NCBI GenBank assembly: GCA_964614945.1
Contig: CAZTNW010000002.1
Location: 43,959 to 107,958 of the forward strand
DNA from: an uncultured bacterium
GTDB taxonomy: Bacteria; Caldisericota; JANLFM01
Length of the DNA: 64,000 bases
Direction of reading: 5' to 3'
Shown in pieces: positions 1 through 9,173 of this stretch. The notes under the pieces were generated by a model that worked only from the letters and a program-made list of their open reading frames with translations, had not been told where the DNA came from and searched no databases. The stretch's first letter is position 1, and every line of letters begins with the position of its first letter. The position numbers and the translations under genes are program-made.

Positions 1-1
1 C

Positions 2-889
2 GAGCTGGAGGTCTCCGACCAGTGGCAGACGAACGAGGCCCTAACCTCCCTCGAGCAGATTCCTGGGATCGAGATCGCCACCGTCTACGCCGGCTCAGTG
101 CTGAACATCACCATGAACACGAAGAAGCCCCCCACGGACGACCTCCACTTCCGTCGAGCTCTGGCCTATTGCCTCGATTATGAGACCGTCTGCAACAAGC
201 TCTTCCCCGGTTGCAAGCAGGCGAAGGGTCCTGTAGCCGCCGTGACACCGGGTCACAACCCCGACCTCTTCCAGTTCACCCAGGATTTCGCCAAGGCAGA
301 GGAGGAGATCAAACAATCCAAGTACTATGGTCAGCTCGATCAGTACCCCTTTGAGCTCCACTGGATCTCCGAGGTGCCCGATGAGGAAAAGATCGCCCTC
401 ATGCTCCAGGCTAATGCCGCCAAGGTCGGGATCAAGATCAACGTAACCAAGACGCCCTGGATCTCCAACATCGACAACTGTGCCCAGATGGAGACCACCC
501 CCAACGGGATCGTCGTCTTTGTAGCTCCGCATTACGCCGAAGCCGGATCGATGTTAGAATCACGCTATCACTCTCGTTCCGCCGGAACCTGGGAGCAGGG
601 GGAATGGCTGCAGGATTCCGAGATTGACGCTCTGATCGAAGATGCGATCGCCACAATCGACCAGAAAGAGCGCTTCCAGAAATACTATGATATCCAGGAG
701 AAGCTCGTGGAGCTGTGCCCCACCCTCTTCATCTTCGACCAGGCGCAAAAACAGGCCATCCAGAACGACTACGTCGTCTTCCCCTCCTGGGAGGAGATTA
801 AAGCCGGTCGGCCTTCTCATCCCGTCATGGGCTACGACTTCTACTTCCGTGAGTTCAAAGTATTCCCGGATAAGATCCCCGCGTCCTGA
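2..889 (+). CDS. ABC transporter substrate-binding protein, family 5 (Opp/Dpp), 5'-truncated by the window edge
   Basis: Frame is open from base 2 (ELEVSDQWQTNEAL...). Clear paralog of 1790..3526: NTKKPPTDDLHFRRAL vs NSAKPPLDDVHFRRAL, WISEVPDEEKIAL vs WVSEVPDEEKVAL. Confidence 0.9.
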   Translation, partial: ELEVSDQWQTNEALTSLEQIPGIEIATVYAGSVLNITMNTKKPPTDDLHFRRALAYCLDYETVCNKLFPGCKQAKGPVAAVTPGHNPDLFQFTQDFAKAEEEIKQSKYYGQLDQYPFELHWISEVPDEEKIALMLQANAAKVGIKINVTKTPWISNIDNCAQMETTPNGIVVFVAPHYAEAGSMLESRYHSRSAGTWEQGEWLQDSEIDALIEDAIATIDQKERFQKYYDIQEKLVELCPTLFIFDQAQKQAIQNDYVVFPSWEEIKAGRPSHPVMGYDFYFREFKVFPDKIPAS

Positions 890-913
890 CGAATAAGCAA
901 TTACAGAGAGTAC

Positions 914-947
914 TCGGTGGGGAAGGGCGATCGCCCTTCCCCACCGA
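914..947. repeat. Perfect 34-bp palindrome downstream of SBP1 (hairpin; mRNA stabiliser, terminator or operator)
   Basis: tcggtggggaagggcga|tcgcccttccccaccga is an exact inverted repeat with no spacer and no strong U-tract. Confidence 0.75.
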
Positions 948-969
948 TAAAATCAGGAAAAGGAGAGCC

Positions 970-1683
970 ATGCAAAAGAAAATCAAAGTGATCGTCCCTG
1001 TCTCAACCGAGATCTGGAATGAGCCGACTCTGAAAGAGATGCAGAAATACAAAGATTCCGAGACCTCGATCGACATCGTCAGCCTCAAGAAGGGGCCGGA
1101 GTCAATTGAAGATTCCTATGATGAAGCCTGGTCCGCATTTCCGACAATACAGGAAGTCCTGAAAGCAGAGAAAGAGGGCTACGACGGCCTGATTATATAT
1201 TGTTACGGAGACCCTGCCCTGCGCGCAGCGAAGGAAGCGGTAAAGATTCCCATCGTTGGATTGGGAGAGAGCAGCGCCACCTTCGCTTCCTTATTGGGGC
1301 ACAAGTTCGGCATCGTGACCGCCGGCCCCCCGGAGTCAGGGTCCTATCTCATGGATAACTTGAAGATATATGAGTTGGATCACAAATGCGTGGGTGTCGC
1401 GTCAGTGGGGATTCCTGTTCTCGATTTGAAGGAAGGGGACAAGGAAGAGGAAAGGTTGCTCATCAAAATCGGGGACGAGATGATCAAAAAGGGAGCAGAG
1501 GTACTCATCTTAGGATGTGGTAGTATGCTCGGGGTCGCGGAGACTGCCTCGCGCAAACTTGGCGTACCGATCATTATTCCTGCTGCCGCCGCGCTCAAGC
1601 TCTGCGAAGCCATGATCTCTATGGGAGTGGCCCAGAGCAAAAAAGCCTTTTATCCGCCCGCAGAAAAGAAGCGGACGATGTAA
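970..1683 (+). CDS. Asp/Glu/hydantoin (allantoin) racemase family protein
   Basis: GPESIED, IIYCYGDP and ILGCGSM (two catalytic Cys), GVPII; AGGAG RBS. Confidence 0.9.
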   Translation: MQKKIKVIVPVSTEIWNEPTLKEMQKYKDSETSIDIVSLKKGPESIEDSYDEAWSAFPTIQEVLKAEKEGYDGLIIYCYGDPALRAAKEAVKIPIVGLGESSATFASLLGHKFGIVTAGPPESGSYLMDNLKIYELDHKCVGVASVGIPVLDLKEGDKEEERLLIKIGDEMIKKGAEVLILGCGSMLGVAETASRKLGVPIIIPAAAALKLCEAMISMGVAQSKKAFYPPAEKKRTM

Positions 1684-1789
1684 ATTAAATTTAACAGGGA
1701 AAGGGGATGAAAAAGACAATCATCTTTAGCTTTGGAAGACTTTGGGGGACGAGGAATATTACAGTTTTTTGAGACAAAAGGAGGAGCAG

Positions 1790-3526
1790 ATGAGTAAAGG
1801 AACCCCTAAGGCTTTAAGGGTCATTAGAATCAAGCTGGCGGCAGTGCTGGCCCTGGCTTTAGTTTTCGCCCTGCTGGTGTCTTGTGCACCGTCTCAACCC
1901 AGCACACCTACGAGCAGCTCTCCTACTAGTTCTTCCTCTCCCACGCCTACTTCGACAACACCCCCCAAGGAGAAGATCGTACGGGTTGTGCAGTCCTGGC
2001 CCTGCTACATCGATCCGGCCGTGGGACAGGATAATGTCGCCGCCATCGCTCACACCAATCTCTATGACCAGCTGGTCAAGATAAACGAGAAAGGGGAGGT
2101 AGCGCCTAAGGTCGCCAGAAGCTGGGATTTCGACGCCGCTTCCAATACCTATACTTTCCATTTGGAAAAGGGGATCAAATTCCACAATGGCGACATCCTA
2201 ACTGCAAAAGACGCACTTTTCAGCATGAAGCGTCTGATGACTATCGGCGAGGGATGGGCTTTCCTTTTCAAGAGGGTGATCGGGGAATACAGTGCCCCTG
2301 ACGCGGAGACGTTCGTGGTCACCTTGAAGGAAAATTACGGCCCCTTCCTCTCCACCTTGATCCATTTTTCCATCCTGAACGAGAAACAGGTCATGGCCAA
2401 CAAGAAGGCTGACGGACCGTACGGAGAAATGGGAGACTACGGCAAGGACTGGTTGGTCACCCATGATGCCGGTTCCGGCCCCTACATGGTCAAGGCGATG
2501 AAAACCGAGGAGTACCTCTACGCCGTTCGTGTCCCTGACTATTGGGGCGGATGGGACGAGAATGCCCCGGATTCTTTCAAGCTGATCGGCACGACGGAGC
2601 CGGTTACCGTTCGCACACTGATGAACAGGAAAGAGATTGAGATCACGGATGAGTGGCAACCCACGGAGAATTACAAGGCCATGAAGGACATCCCTGGTGT
2701 AGATGTAGCCAATTTCCTCGCCGGGGGTGTGCTCTACCTCTCCCTCAACTCCGCCAAGCCGCCGCTTGACGACGTGCATTTCCGTCGGGCCTTGCTGCAC
2801 CTCTTTGATTACAAGACCTGCCACGAAAAGATTTATCCTGAGGCCAAGCGTACGAACAGTCCGATTGGCTCAGCCCTTCCTGGATGGGATTCGACAATGC
2901 CTCTTTTAGAAAGGGATCTGGAAAAAGCCAAGGCTGAGCTCGCTCAATCTCCCTACGCGGATAAGCTGGACCAGTATCCTGTCGAATTCGCCTGGGTTTC
3001 AGAGGTGCCTGATGAGGAAAAAGTCGCCCTTCTTATGCAGAGCAACGCGGCCGATATTGGGATCAAAATAGAGGTCACCAAGAACCCTTGGCTTACAATG
3101 GTTGACCGGGCCGCGAGCCCCGACTCCTGTCCCCACATCTTCACCGAGATTAAGACGAGCATTCCTTATCCGGAGGCCGGAGCCCTGCTCGAAGAGGGAT
3201 ATCATTCTGCTGGAAGAGGGACTTTCGCCAATGTTCACTGGTTCACAGACGAGATTCAAAGCGAACTCGACAGACTTCTGGCCGATGCCCTTGGCACAAT
3301 GAACAATGAAGAGCGGTACGCGAAATACAGGGAACTAAGCCAGAAGCTCATCGATCTCGCCCCCGACATCTGGGCGGTGGAGCTCCCGCAGAGACACGCC
3401 TATCATGCCGATTATCTAATCTGGCCTGATGCTGACGCAGCCAAGGCTGGCAAGGCGATCAACATCATGCCCGGGCACAGGATGTACTTCAAGAATATGA
3501 AGTTCATCCCGGAGAAAATGCCATAA
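1790..3526 (+). CDS. oppA: ABC transporter substrate-binding lipoprotein, family 5
   Basis: ATG 1790 follows a GGAGGAG RBS. Lipobox LLVSC, S/T/P linker, family-5 core (YTFHLEKGIKFHNGDILTAKD). Confidence 0.92.
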   Translation: MSKGTPKALRVIRIKLAAVLALALVFALLVSCAPSQPSTPTSSSPTSSSSPTPTSTTPPKEKIVRVVQSWPCYIDPAVGQDNVAAIAHTNLYDQLVKINEKGEVAPKVARSWDFDAASNTYTFHLEKGIKFHNGDILTAKDALFSMKRLMTIGEGWAFLFKRVIGEYSAPDAETFVVTLKENYGPFLSTLIHFSILNEKQVMANKKADGPYGEMGDYGKDWLVTHDAGSGPYMVKAMKTEEYLYAVRVPDYWGGWDENAPDSFKLIGTTEPVTVRTLMNRKEIEITDEWQPTENYKAMKDIPGVDVANFLAGGVLYLSLNSAKPPLDDVHFRRALLHLFDYKTCHEKIYPEAKRTNSPIGSALPGWDSTMPLLERDLEKAKAELAQSPYADKLDQYPVEFAWVSEVPDEEKVALLMQSNAADIGIKIEVTKNPWLTMVDRAASPDSCPHIFTEIKTSIPYPEAGALLEEGYHSAGRGTFANVHWFTDEIQSELDRLLADALGTMNNEERYAKYRELSQKLIDLAPDIWAVELPQRHAYHADYLIWPDADAAKAGKAINIMPGHRMYFKNMKFIPEKMP

Positions 3527-3544
3527 GCGTTTAAGTATTTGAGC

Positions 3545-3579
3545 TTTAAGGAGGGGGCAATTAAAGCCCCCTCCTTAAA
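3545..3579 (+). terminator. Intergenic stem-loop between the SBP and the permease
   Basis: tttaaggagggggc-aattaaa-gccccctccttaaa: 14-bp perfect stem. The trailing tract is A-rich on +, so on the sense strand it is more likely a stabiliser or attenuator than a terminator. Confidence 0.65.
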
Positions 3580-3593
3580 AAAAGGAGAAGGTT

Positions 3594-4622
3594 ATGAAAC
3601 TTGGCCCATTTTTACTTCGGAGAATCCTCCTTTCTATATTCGTGCTATTCGGCATTTCGGTCCTGATCTTCGTGATCGCCAGGGTAGTACCCGGAGACCC
3701 CGCACGCATGGCATTGGGACCAAGGGCCCCCCAGGAGGTGGTGGACAGACTCAGGCAGGAAATGTATCTGGACAAATCCCTGCCCGAGCAATATTACTAC
3801 TGGATTAAAGGCGTCCTGACCGGAGACTTTGGCAGGTCACTCTTTACAAAGCGGGCGGTGATCGAGGATATCAAGGAGTACCTGCCCGCTACGATGGAGC
3901 TGGCCTTGCTTTCAGGAATACTGATGGTCATCTTTGCCATTATCCTGGGCTCGCTGGCGGCGCGTTACAGGGACACCTGGGTGGATACTCTAATTCGCAC
4001 CATGGCCTATTTTGGCGTGGCCTTACCGGCCTTCGTAGTCGCCGTGCTTTTTTTGCTTCTTTTCGGCTACGTGTGGCCCATCCTGCCGGCATTAGGCAGG
4101 ATCAGTGTGGGAGTCACGCCGCCGCCGACCATTACTGGGATGCTGACCTTGGACAGCCTGCTTACGGGAAATTTTGTCGCATTCTGGGATTCCTTCAAGC
4201 ACCTCCTCCTCCCTGGGCTTGCACTTGCCCTGGGGAGCATCTTTCAGGAGGCCCGGATAACCCGTTCCAGCATGGTTGATAATCTGCATAAGGATTTCCT
4301 TCTCGCCGAGAGAGGCTACGGCATACCTGAGCGCACGATCATGCTCAAATATTTGCTGAAGCCCTCACTGATCCCCACTGTCTCAGTCATGGGGTTAGAC
4401 TTCGCCTCCCTTCTGGGCAACGCCTTCCTCGTGGAATTGATCTTCAACTGGCCGGGGATTTCTCGTTACGGCATCAATGCCATGCTGCGCAAGGACCTTA
4501 ATGCAATCTCCGCGGTGATCGTGGTATTTGGCTTGGTCTTCGTCGTCGTGAACATCGTCGTGGATATCATCGTCGCCTACCTGGACCCCCGTATTCGCTT
4601 AGGCGGCGTAAAGGGGACATGA
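3594..4622 (+). CDS. oppB: Oligopeptide/dipeptide ABC permease B
   Basis: PGDPARM N-terminal motif, six TM segments, ARITRSSM/EAA-like loop, YLDPRI C-terminus. Confidence 0.93.
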   Translation: MKLGPFLLRRILLSIFVLFGISVLIFVIARVVPGDPARMALGPRAPQEVVDRLRQEMYLDKSLPEQYYYWIKGVLTGDFGRSLFTKRAVIEDIKEYLPATMELALLSGILMVIFAIILGSLAARYRDTWVDTLIRTMAYFGVALPAFVVAVLFLLLFGYVWPILPALGRISVGVTPPPTITGMLTLDSLLTGNFVAFWDSFKHLLLPGLALALGSIFQEARITRSSMVDNLHKDFLLAERGYGIPERTIMLKYLLKPSLIPTVSVMGLDFASLLGNAFLVELIFNWPGISRYGINAMLRKDLNAISAVIVVFGLVFVVVNIVVDIIVAYLDPRIRLGGVKGT

Positions 4623-5545
4623 AAATGGCTAATAATCCAAACAACGGTTCTGTAAGCCTGGAGGCCGCCCAAGCTCCATCGATAGCTGCTAGGATTAAAG
4701 AAGGCATGCGCAAGAACTGGTACAAGTTCTCACGCAATAAGCTTTCGGTGGTCGGTCTCGTCATTGTAGTTCTAGTGATCCTCCTGGCAATTTTCGCCCC
4801 CTGGGTCACTCCCTATCCGGAGCATGCCGGAGCTTTCGTGGATTACGACAACGCCGGCCTCGCTCCTTCCGGAACATACCTTCTCGGAAGTGATATTTTC
4901 GGCAGGGATATACTTACCCGCATCATCTACTCCTTCCGCGGAGCTCTGATCATGTCGATCGTCGTTCTCGGCCTCGCTGTCCCGCCCGGGGTGATCCTGG
5001 GGCTTCTGGCCGGCTACTTCAAGAATACCTGGATAGACACCCTGATCATGCGTATCACCGACATCTTCCTCGCACTCCCGCCCCTGATTCTCGCCCTGGC
5101 CATCGCTTCCGTGCTTGAGCCGAATCTGATGAACTCCATGATCGCCGTCACCTTAATGTGGTGGCCCTGGTACACCCGTTTAGTCTACGGGATGGCCTCT
5201 TCTTGGAGGAATGAATATTTTGTCATCGCCGCGGAGTTGACCGGAACGAGCAAGTTCCACATCCTCTTCCGCGAGATTCTGCCCAACTGCCTCTCCCCTG
5301 TCTTCACCAAGATGGCCCTCGATGTCGGCTGGGTAATTCTAATCGGCGCCTCCCTGAGTTTCGTGGGACTAGGAGAGCAACCGCCCACGCCTGCTTTAGG
5401 ACAAATGGTCTCTGACGGGGCCAAATATATGCCGGACCTCTGGTGGATGACTATCTTTCCCGCTCTAGCCATAGTCATTATCATCCTCGGTTTCAATCTG
5501 ATGGGCGACGGAATCCGAGACATGTTAGAGACAAGGATGGGCTGA
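4619..5545 (+). CDS. oppC: Oligopeptide/dipeptide ABC permease C
   Basis: LGSDIFGRDILTRIIY, EILPNC, LGFNLMGDGIRD. Confidence 0.93.
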   Translation: MKMANNPNNGSVSLEAAQAPSIAARIKEGMRKNWYKFSRNKLSVVGLVIVVLVILLAIFAPWVTPYPEHAGAFVDYDNAGLAPSGTYLLGSDIFGRDILTRIIYSFRGALIMSIVVLGLAVPPGVILGLLAGYFKNTWIDTLIMRITDIFLALPPLILALAIASVLEPNLMNSMIAVTLMWWPWYTRLVYGMASSWRNEYFVIAAELTGTSKFHILFREILPNCLSPVFTKMALDVGWVILIGASLSFVGLGEQPPTPALGQMVSDGAKYMPDLWWMTIFPALAIVIIILGFNLMGDGIRDMLETRMG

Positions 5546-5549
5546 CGAA

Positions 5550-6554
5550 ATGACTGAGAATTTGATCCTGAACATCCAAGACCTGCATGTATGGTACAAG
5601 GTATTCGGCGGTTATCTGAAGGTCCTCGACGGGGTGAATTTCACTGTCGGAAAGGGAGAGAAGGTCGGCCTGGTGGGCGAGACCGGTTGCGGGAAAACCA
5701 CCACGATGAAGGCCATTCTCCGAATTTTACCCGAGAAGGACTCGCACATTCCTCAGGGAGAAATCCTCTTTAAGGGCAAGGATACACTGAAGATGAGAGG
5801 ACACGAGCTGCAACGCGTTCGCTCGCAGGGTATCGCCATGATCTTCCAGGATCCGACGGCGGCTTTGAACCCTGTCTTCACCATCGGCACGCAGATGCAG
5901 GACGTGATCAAGTACTCGCTGGCCTCCCATAAAGGGGAGGAGGGCTCCGCAGATAAAAAAGAGAAGGAGTTGGTGCGTGATATCGCCATGCGGGCGCTTA
6001 AAGAGGTCTCCCTCCCAGATCAGGCCAGGATGCTGCATAATTATCCGATCCAGCTCTCGGGGGGGATGAGGCAGAGGGTTTGTATTTCCATGGCCATCAC
6101 CACCCAGCGCGATCTTCTGATTGCAGATGAGCCCGGCACTTCGCTGGATGTAACGATCCAGGACCAGATATTGCGTCTCCTGCGAGAACTAGTGGAGCAG
6201 AAAGGGACTTCCATCATCCTCATCACCCATTCCCTGGGAGTCGCCCGCGAGATGACGGACCGTATCTACGTCATGTATGCGGGCAATATGGTAGAAGTGG
6301 CAAAGGCCAAGGAACTTTTCGCCCACCCCAGACACCCTTACACTCTCGGCCTCCTGGCTTCCATCCCCAAGATTTCCGGCGGAGGTATCGCTGCAGGAAT
6401 AACCGGGCGCATCCCCAACTATCTGAATCCTCCCCCTGGTTGTCGTTTCCACCCGCGCTGCCTGAAGGCTATGCCGATTTGCTCCCAGGAGAAACCGACC
6501 TTCTACGAAGTAGGAGATGGCCATCAGGTGGCCTGTTTCCTCTACAAGAGGTGA
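5550..6554 (+). CDS. oppD: Oligopeptide ABC ATP-binding protein D
   Basis: Walker A GETGCGKT, LSGGMRQRV, ADEP, C-terminal PPPGCRFHPRC. Confidence 0.94.
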   Translation: MTENLILNIQDLHVWYKVFGGYLKVLDGVNFTVGKGEKVGLVGETGCGKTTTMKAILRILPEKDSHIPQGEILFKGKDTLKMRGHELQRVRSQGIAMIFQDPTAALNPVFTIGTQMQDVIKYSLASHKGEEGSADKKEKELVRDIAMRALKEVSLPDQARMLHNYPIQLSGGMRQRVCISMAITTQRDLLIADEPGTSLDVTIQDQILRLLRELVEQKGTSIILITHSLGVAREMTDRIYVMYAGNMVEVAKAKELFAHPRHPYTLGLLASIPKISGGGIAAGITGRIPNYLNPPPGCRFHPRCLKAMPICSQEKPTFYEVGDGHQVACFLYKR

Positions 6555-6559
6555 ATAAA

Positions 6560-7585
6560 GTGACACAAGAGATTCTGAAAATCAAGCAACTTAAGAAATA
6601 TTTCCGCATCGGAAAGAACAAACAAGGACCTATTTACGTTCGCGCCGTGGATGGAGTCAATTTCACCGTGAACGAAGGGGAGACCTTCGGACTGGTAGGC
6701 GAATCAGGCTCGGGCAAGAGCACCCTGGCTTACACCGTGATCGGCATGTACAAGCCGACAGCCGGCCAGATACTGTTCAAAGACAATAACATCGGCATAG
6801 AAGCCAGCAAGCGGTCCTTGGCTCTCAAAAAGGATATGCAGATCGTCTTCCAGGACCCTGGCTCCTCGCTCAATCCGCGGCGCAATATCCGCCAGATTCT
6901 CTCCGTACCTCTGAAATTGCACCGACAGATCCAGCGTGGCCGGATGGACGAGGTGATCATCGAGCTGTTGCAAAAGGTGGAGCTGCCGCCTGATTACATG
7001 TATAAATCCCCTCCTTTGATCGGCGGGGGGGAGAAACAAATGGTAGCCATCGCCAGAGCTCTGGCTCCCGATCCCTCCCTGATCGTCTTGGACGAGCCGA
7101 CCTCTGCTCTAGATGTCTCCGTCCAGGCGAAGATCATCACCAAGCTGATCGACCTGCAGAAGGAGATGAATCTCACTTACCTTTTCATCACTCACGACCT
7201 CAGCTTGATGAGGAATGTGGCTTCGAGAGTGGCCATTATGTACCTGGGGAGGATTTGCGAGCTGGCCAGCGCTGTGGAGTTTTTCCAGAAACCTCTTCAC
7301 CCCTACACAAGGATGCTTCTCTCGTCAGTGCCTGTTGTGTCGGAAGAGGAAGAATCATTGAGACCCAAAAAGATCATCTCCACCGGAGAGATTCCCAGCC
7401 CGGTCAACATCCCCCCGGGTTGCAGTTTCCACCTCCGCTGTCCGGAGAAGGTTGCGACCTGCTCAAAAGACGACCCCGAGATGCACGAGGTGAGCCCCGG
7501 GCATTTCGTACGCTGCCATCAGTTCCCCGCGAACCTTGAGGAGAGCACTTACAGCGATTCCGATCTTCTGAAAAAATCCCGGTAA
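6560..7585 (+). CDS. oppF: Oligopeptide ABC ATP-binding protein F
   Basis: Likely GTG start at 6560. GESGSGKST, DEPTSALD, PPGCSFHLRCP; the signature motif is slightly variant (LIGGGEKQ). Confidence 0.92.
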   Translation: MTQEILKIKQLKKYFRIGKNKQGPIYVRAVDGVNFTVNEGETFGLVGESGSGKSTLAYTVIGMYKPTAGQILFKDNNIGIEASKRSLALKKDMQIVFQDPGSSLNPRRNIRQILSVPLKLHRQIQRGRMDEVIIELLQKVELPPDYMYKSPPLIGGGEKQMVAIARALAPDPSLIVLDEPTSALDVSVQAKIITKLIDLQKEMNLTYLFITHDLSLMRNVASRVAIMYLGRICELASAVEFFQKPLHPYTRMLLSSVPVVSEEEESLRPKKIISTGEIPSPVNIPPGCSFHLRCPEKVATCSKDDPEMHEVSPGHFVRCHQFPANLEESTYSDSDLLKKSR

Positions 7586-7597
7586 AGGAGGAATAAA

Positions 7598-8371
7598 ATG
7601 GGCAAGATATTGTGGGTCAACCCTTTCGGCAATCCGAACTTCGACCTCCCGATCAAGGATTATTTGGCTAAAGCAAAGTCTCAGGCAAGCGAAATCAGGG
7701 TTATCTCTTTCCCTCGGGGGCCCAACCATCTGGAGTTCCATTATTATGAGTCCCTTCTCCTCTCAGATATCCTTCATGCCATAAAAAACGGGGAGAAGGA
7801 GGGCTTCGATGCGGCCATCATCGGCTGCTTCTATGACCCCGGCCTGAGGGAAGCGCGAGAGATCACGGAGCGGATGGTAGTGACCGCACCGGCCGAGTCC
7901 TCTATGCACATTGCCAGCACCCTGGGGAACAGCTTCTCCATCATCGTAGGCAGGAATAAGTGGATTCCTGCCATGCATGAAAACGTGGTTAAGTATGGCT
8001 TCAAGGATCGGCTGGCCTCTTTTAAATCGGTGGGCTTGGGGGTTCTGGAGTTTATGAAGGATGTGGCCGAGACGAACCGACGCCTGATCGAAGCCGCCAG
8101 GGAGGCCGTGGAGAAGGATCGGGCGGAGGTGATAATTTTAGGCTGTACAATTCAGTTTGGATTTTACCGGGAGCTGGAGCAGATGCTTGGCGTCCCGGTA
8201 ATCGATGCCGTCCTCGCTCCTTTAAAGTACGTTGAATTCCTCGTGGAGATCCGCGACCGTTTCGGCTGGGGCCACAGCAAGAAGTATGGTTACGAATCTC
8301 CTCCTCTCCAGGAGATTGAGGAATGGAAAATTGCCGAGCAGTATAACCTGGAAAATCTCTGGAAAAAATAA
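7598..8371 (+). CDS. Asp/Glu/hydantoin racemase family protein (copy A)
   Basis: IIGCFYDP and ILGCT catalytic Cys pair; AAGGAGG RBS. Confidence 0.88.
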   Translation: MGKILWVNPFGNPNFDLPIKDYLAKAKSQASEIRVISFPRGPNHLEFHYYESLLLSDILHAIKNGEKEGFDAAIIGCFYDPGLREAREITERMVVTAPAESSMHIASTLGNSFSIIVGRNKWIPAMHENVVKYGFKDRLASFKSVGLGVLEFMKDVAETNRRLIEAAREAVEKDRAEVIILGCTIQFGFYRELEQMLGVPVIDAVLAPLKYVEFLVEIRDRFGWGHSKKYGYESPPLQEIEEWKIAEQYNLENLWKK

Positions 8372-8376
8372 AGGAG
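7792..8376 (+). repeat. Direct repeat copy 1 (585 bp, identical to 8584..9168)
   Basis: Line-by-line comparison showed no mismatch at offset 792. 7725..7756 also equals 8517..8548. Confidence 0.92.
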
Positions 8377-8386
8377 GGTGAAGAAA

Positions 8387-9163
8387 ATGGCAAGGCGGAT
8401 TGCATACATCACCCCGGCAGGTGCAGATTTTTTCGACGCTCTCTTCCAGGAATACTTAGATCCGGCGAAGGACCCCCGAACCGATTTGCAGACACTCTCC
8501 TTAAAAAGAGGGCCCCACCATCTGGAGTTCCATTATTATGAGTCCCTTGTGCTTCAAGACACCCTTCATCTGATCAGGCAGAAGGAGAAGGAGGGCTTCG
8601 ATGCGGCCATCATCGGCTGCTTCTATGACCCCGGCCTGAGGGAAGCGCGAGAGATCACGGAGCGGATGGTAGTGACCGCACCGGCCGAGTCCTCTATGCA
8701 CATTGCCAGCACCCTGGGGAACAGCTTCTCCATCATCGTAGGCAGGAATAAGTGGATTCCTGCCATGCATGAAAACGTGGTTAAGTATGGCTTCAAGGAT
8801 CGGCTGGCCTCTTTTAAATCGGTGGGCTTGGGGGTTCTGGAGTTTATGAAGGATGTGGCCGAGACGAACCGACGCCTGATCGAAGCCGCCAGGGAGGCCG
8901 TGGAGAAGGATCGGGCGGAGGTGATAATTTTAGGCTGTACAATTCAGTTTGGATTTTACCGGGAGCTGGAGCAGATGCTTGGCGTCCCGGTAATCGATGC
9001 CGTCCTCGCTCCTTTAAAGTACGTTGAATTCCTCGTGGAGATCCGCGACCGTTTCGGCTGGGGCCACAGCAAGAAGTATGGTTACGAATCTCCTCCTCTC
9101 CAGGAGATTGAGGAATGGAAAATTGCCGAGCAGTATAACCTGGAAAATCTCTGGAAAAAATAA
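8387..9163 (+). CDS. Asp/Glu/hydantoin racemase family protein (copy B)
   Basis: Same C-terminal ~190 aa as copy A with a distinct N-terminus. ATG 8387 follows AAGGAGGGTG. Confidence 0.88.
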   Translation: MARRIAYITPAGADFFDALFQEYLDPAKDPRTDLQTLSLKRGPHHLEFHYYESLVLQDTLHLIRQKEKEGFDAAIIGCFYDPGLREAREITERMVVTAPAESSMHIASTLGNSFSIIVGRNKWIPAMHENVVKYGFKDRLASFKSVGLGVLEFMKDVAETNRRLIEAAREAVEKDRAEVIILGCTIQFGFYRELEQMLGVPVIDAVLAPLKYVEFLVEIRDRFGWGHSKKYGYESPPLQEIEEWKIAEQYNLENLWKK

Positions 9164-9168
9164 AGGAG
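8584..9168 (+). repeat. Direct repeat copy 2 (585 bp)
   Basis: Identical to 7792..8376, including the stop codon and the following AGGAG. Confidence 0.92.
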
Positions 9169-9173
9169 AATTA

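Noticed and set aside
7598-9168. Repeat interpreted as a mobile element or CRISPR
   Set aside because: It is purely coding sequence with no terminal repeats, transposase or spacers.
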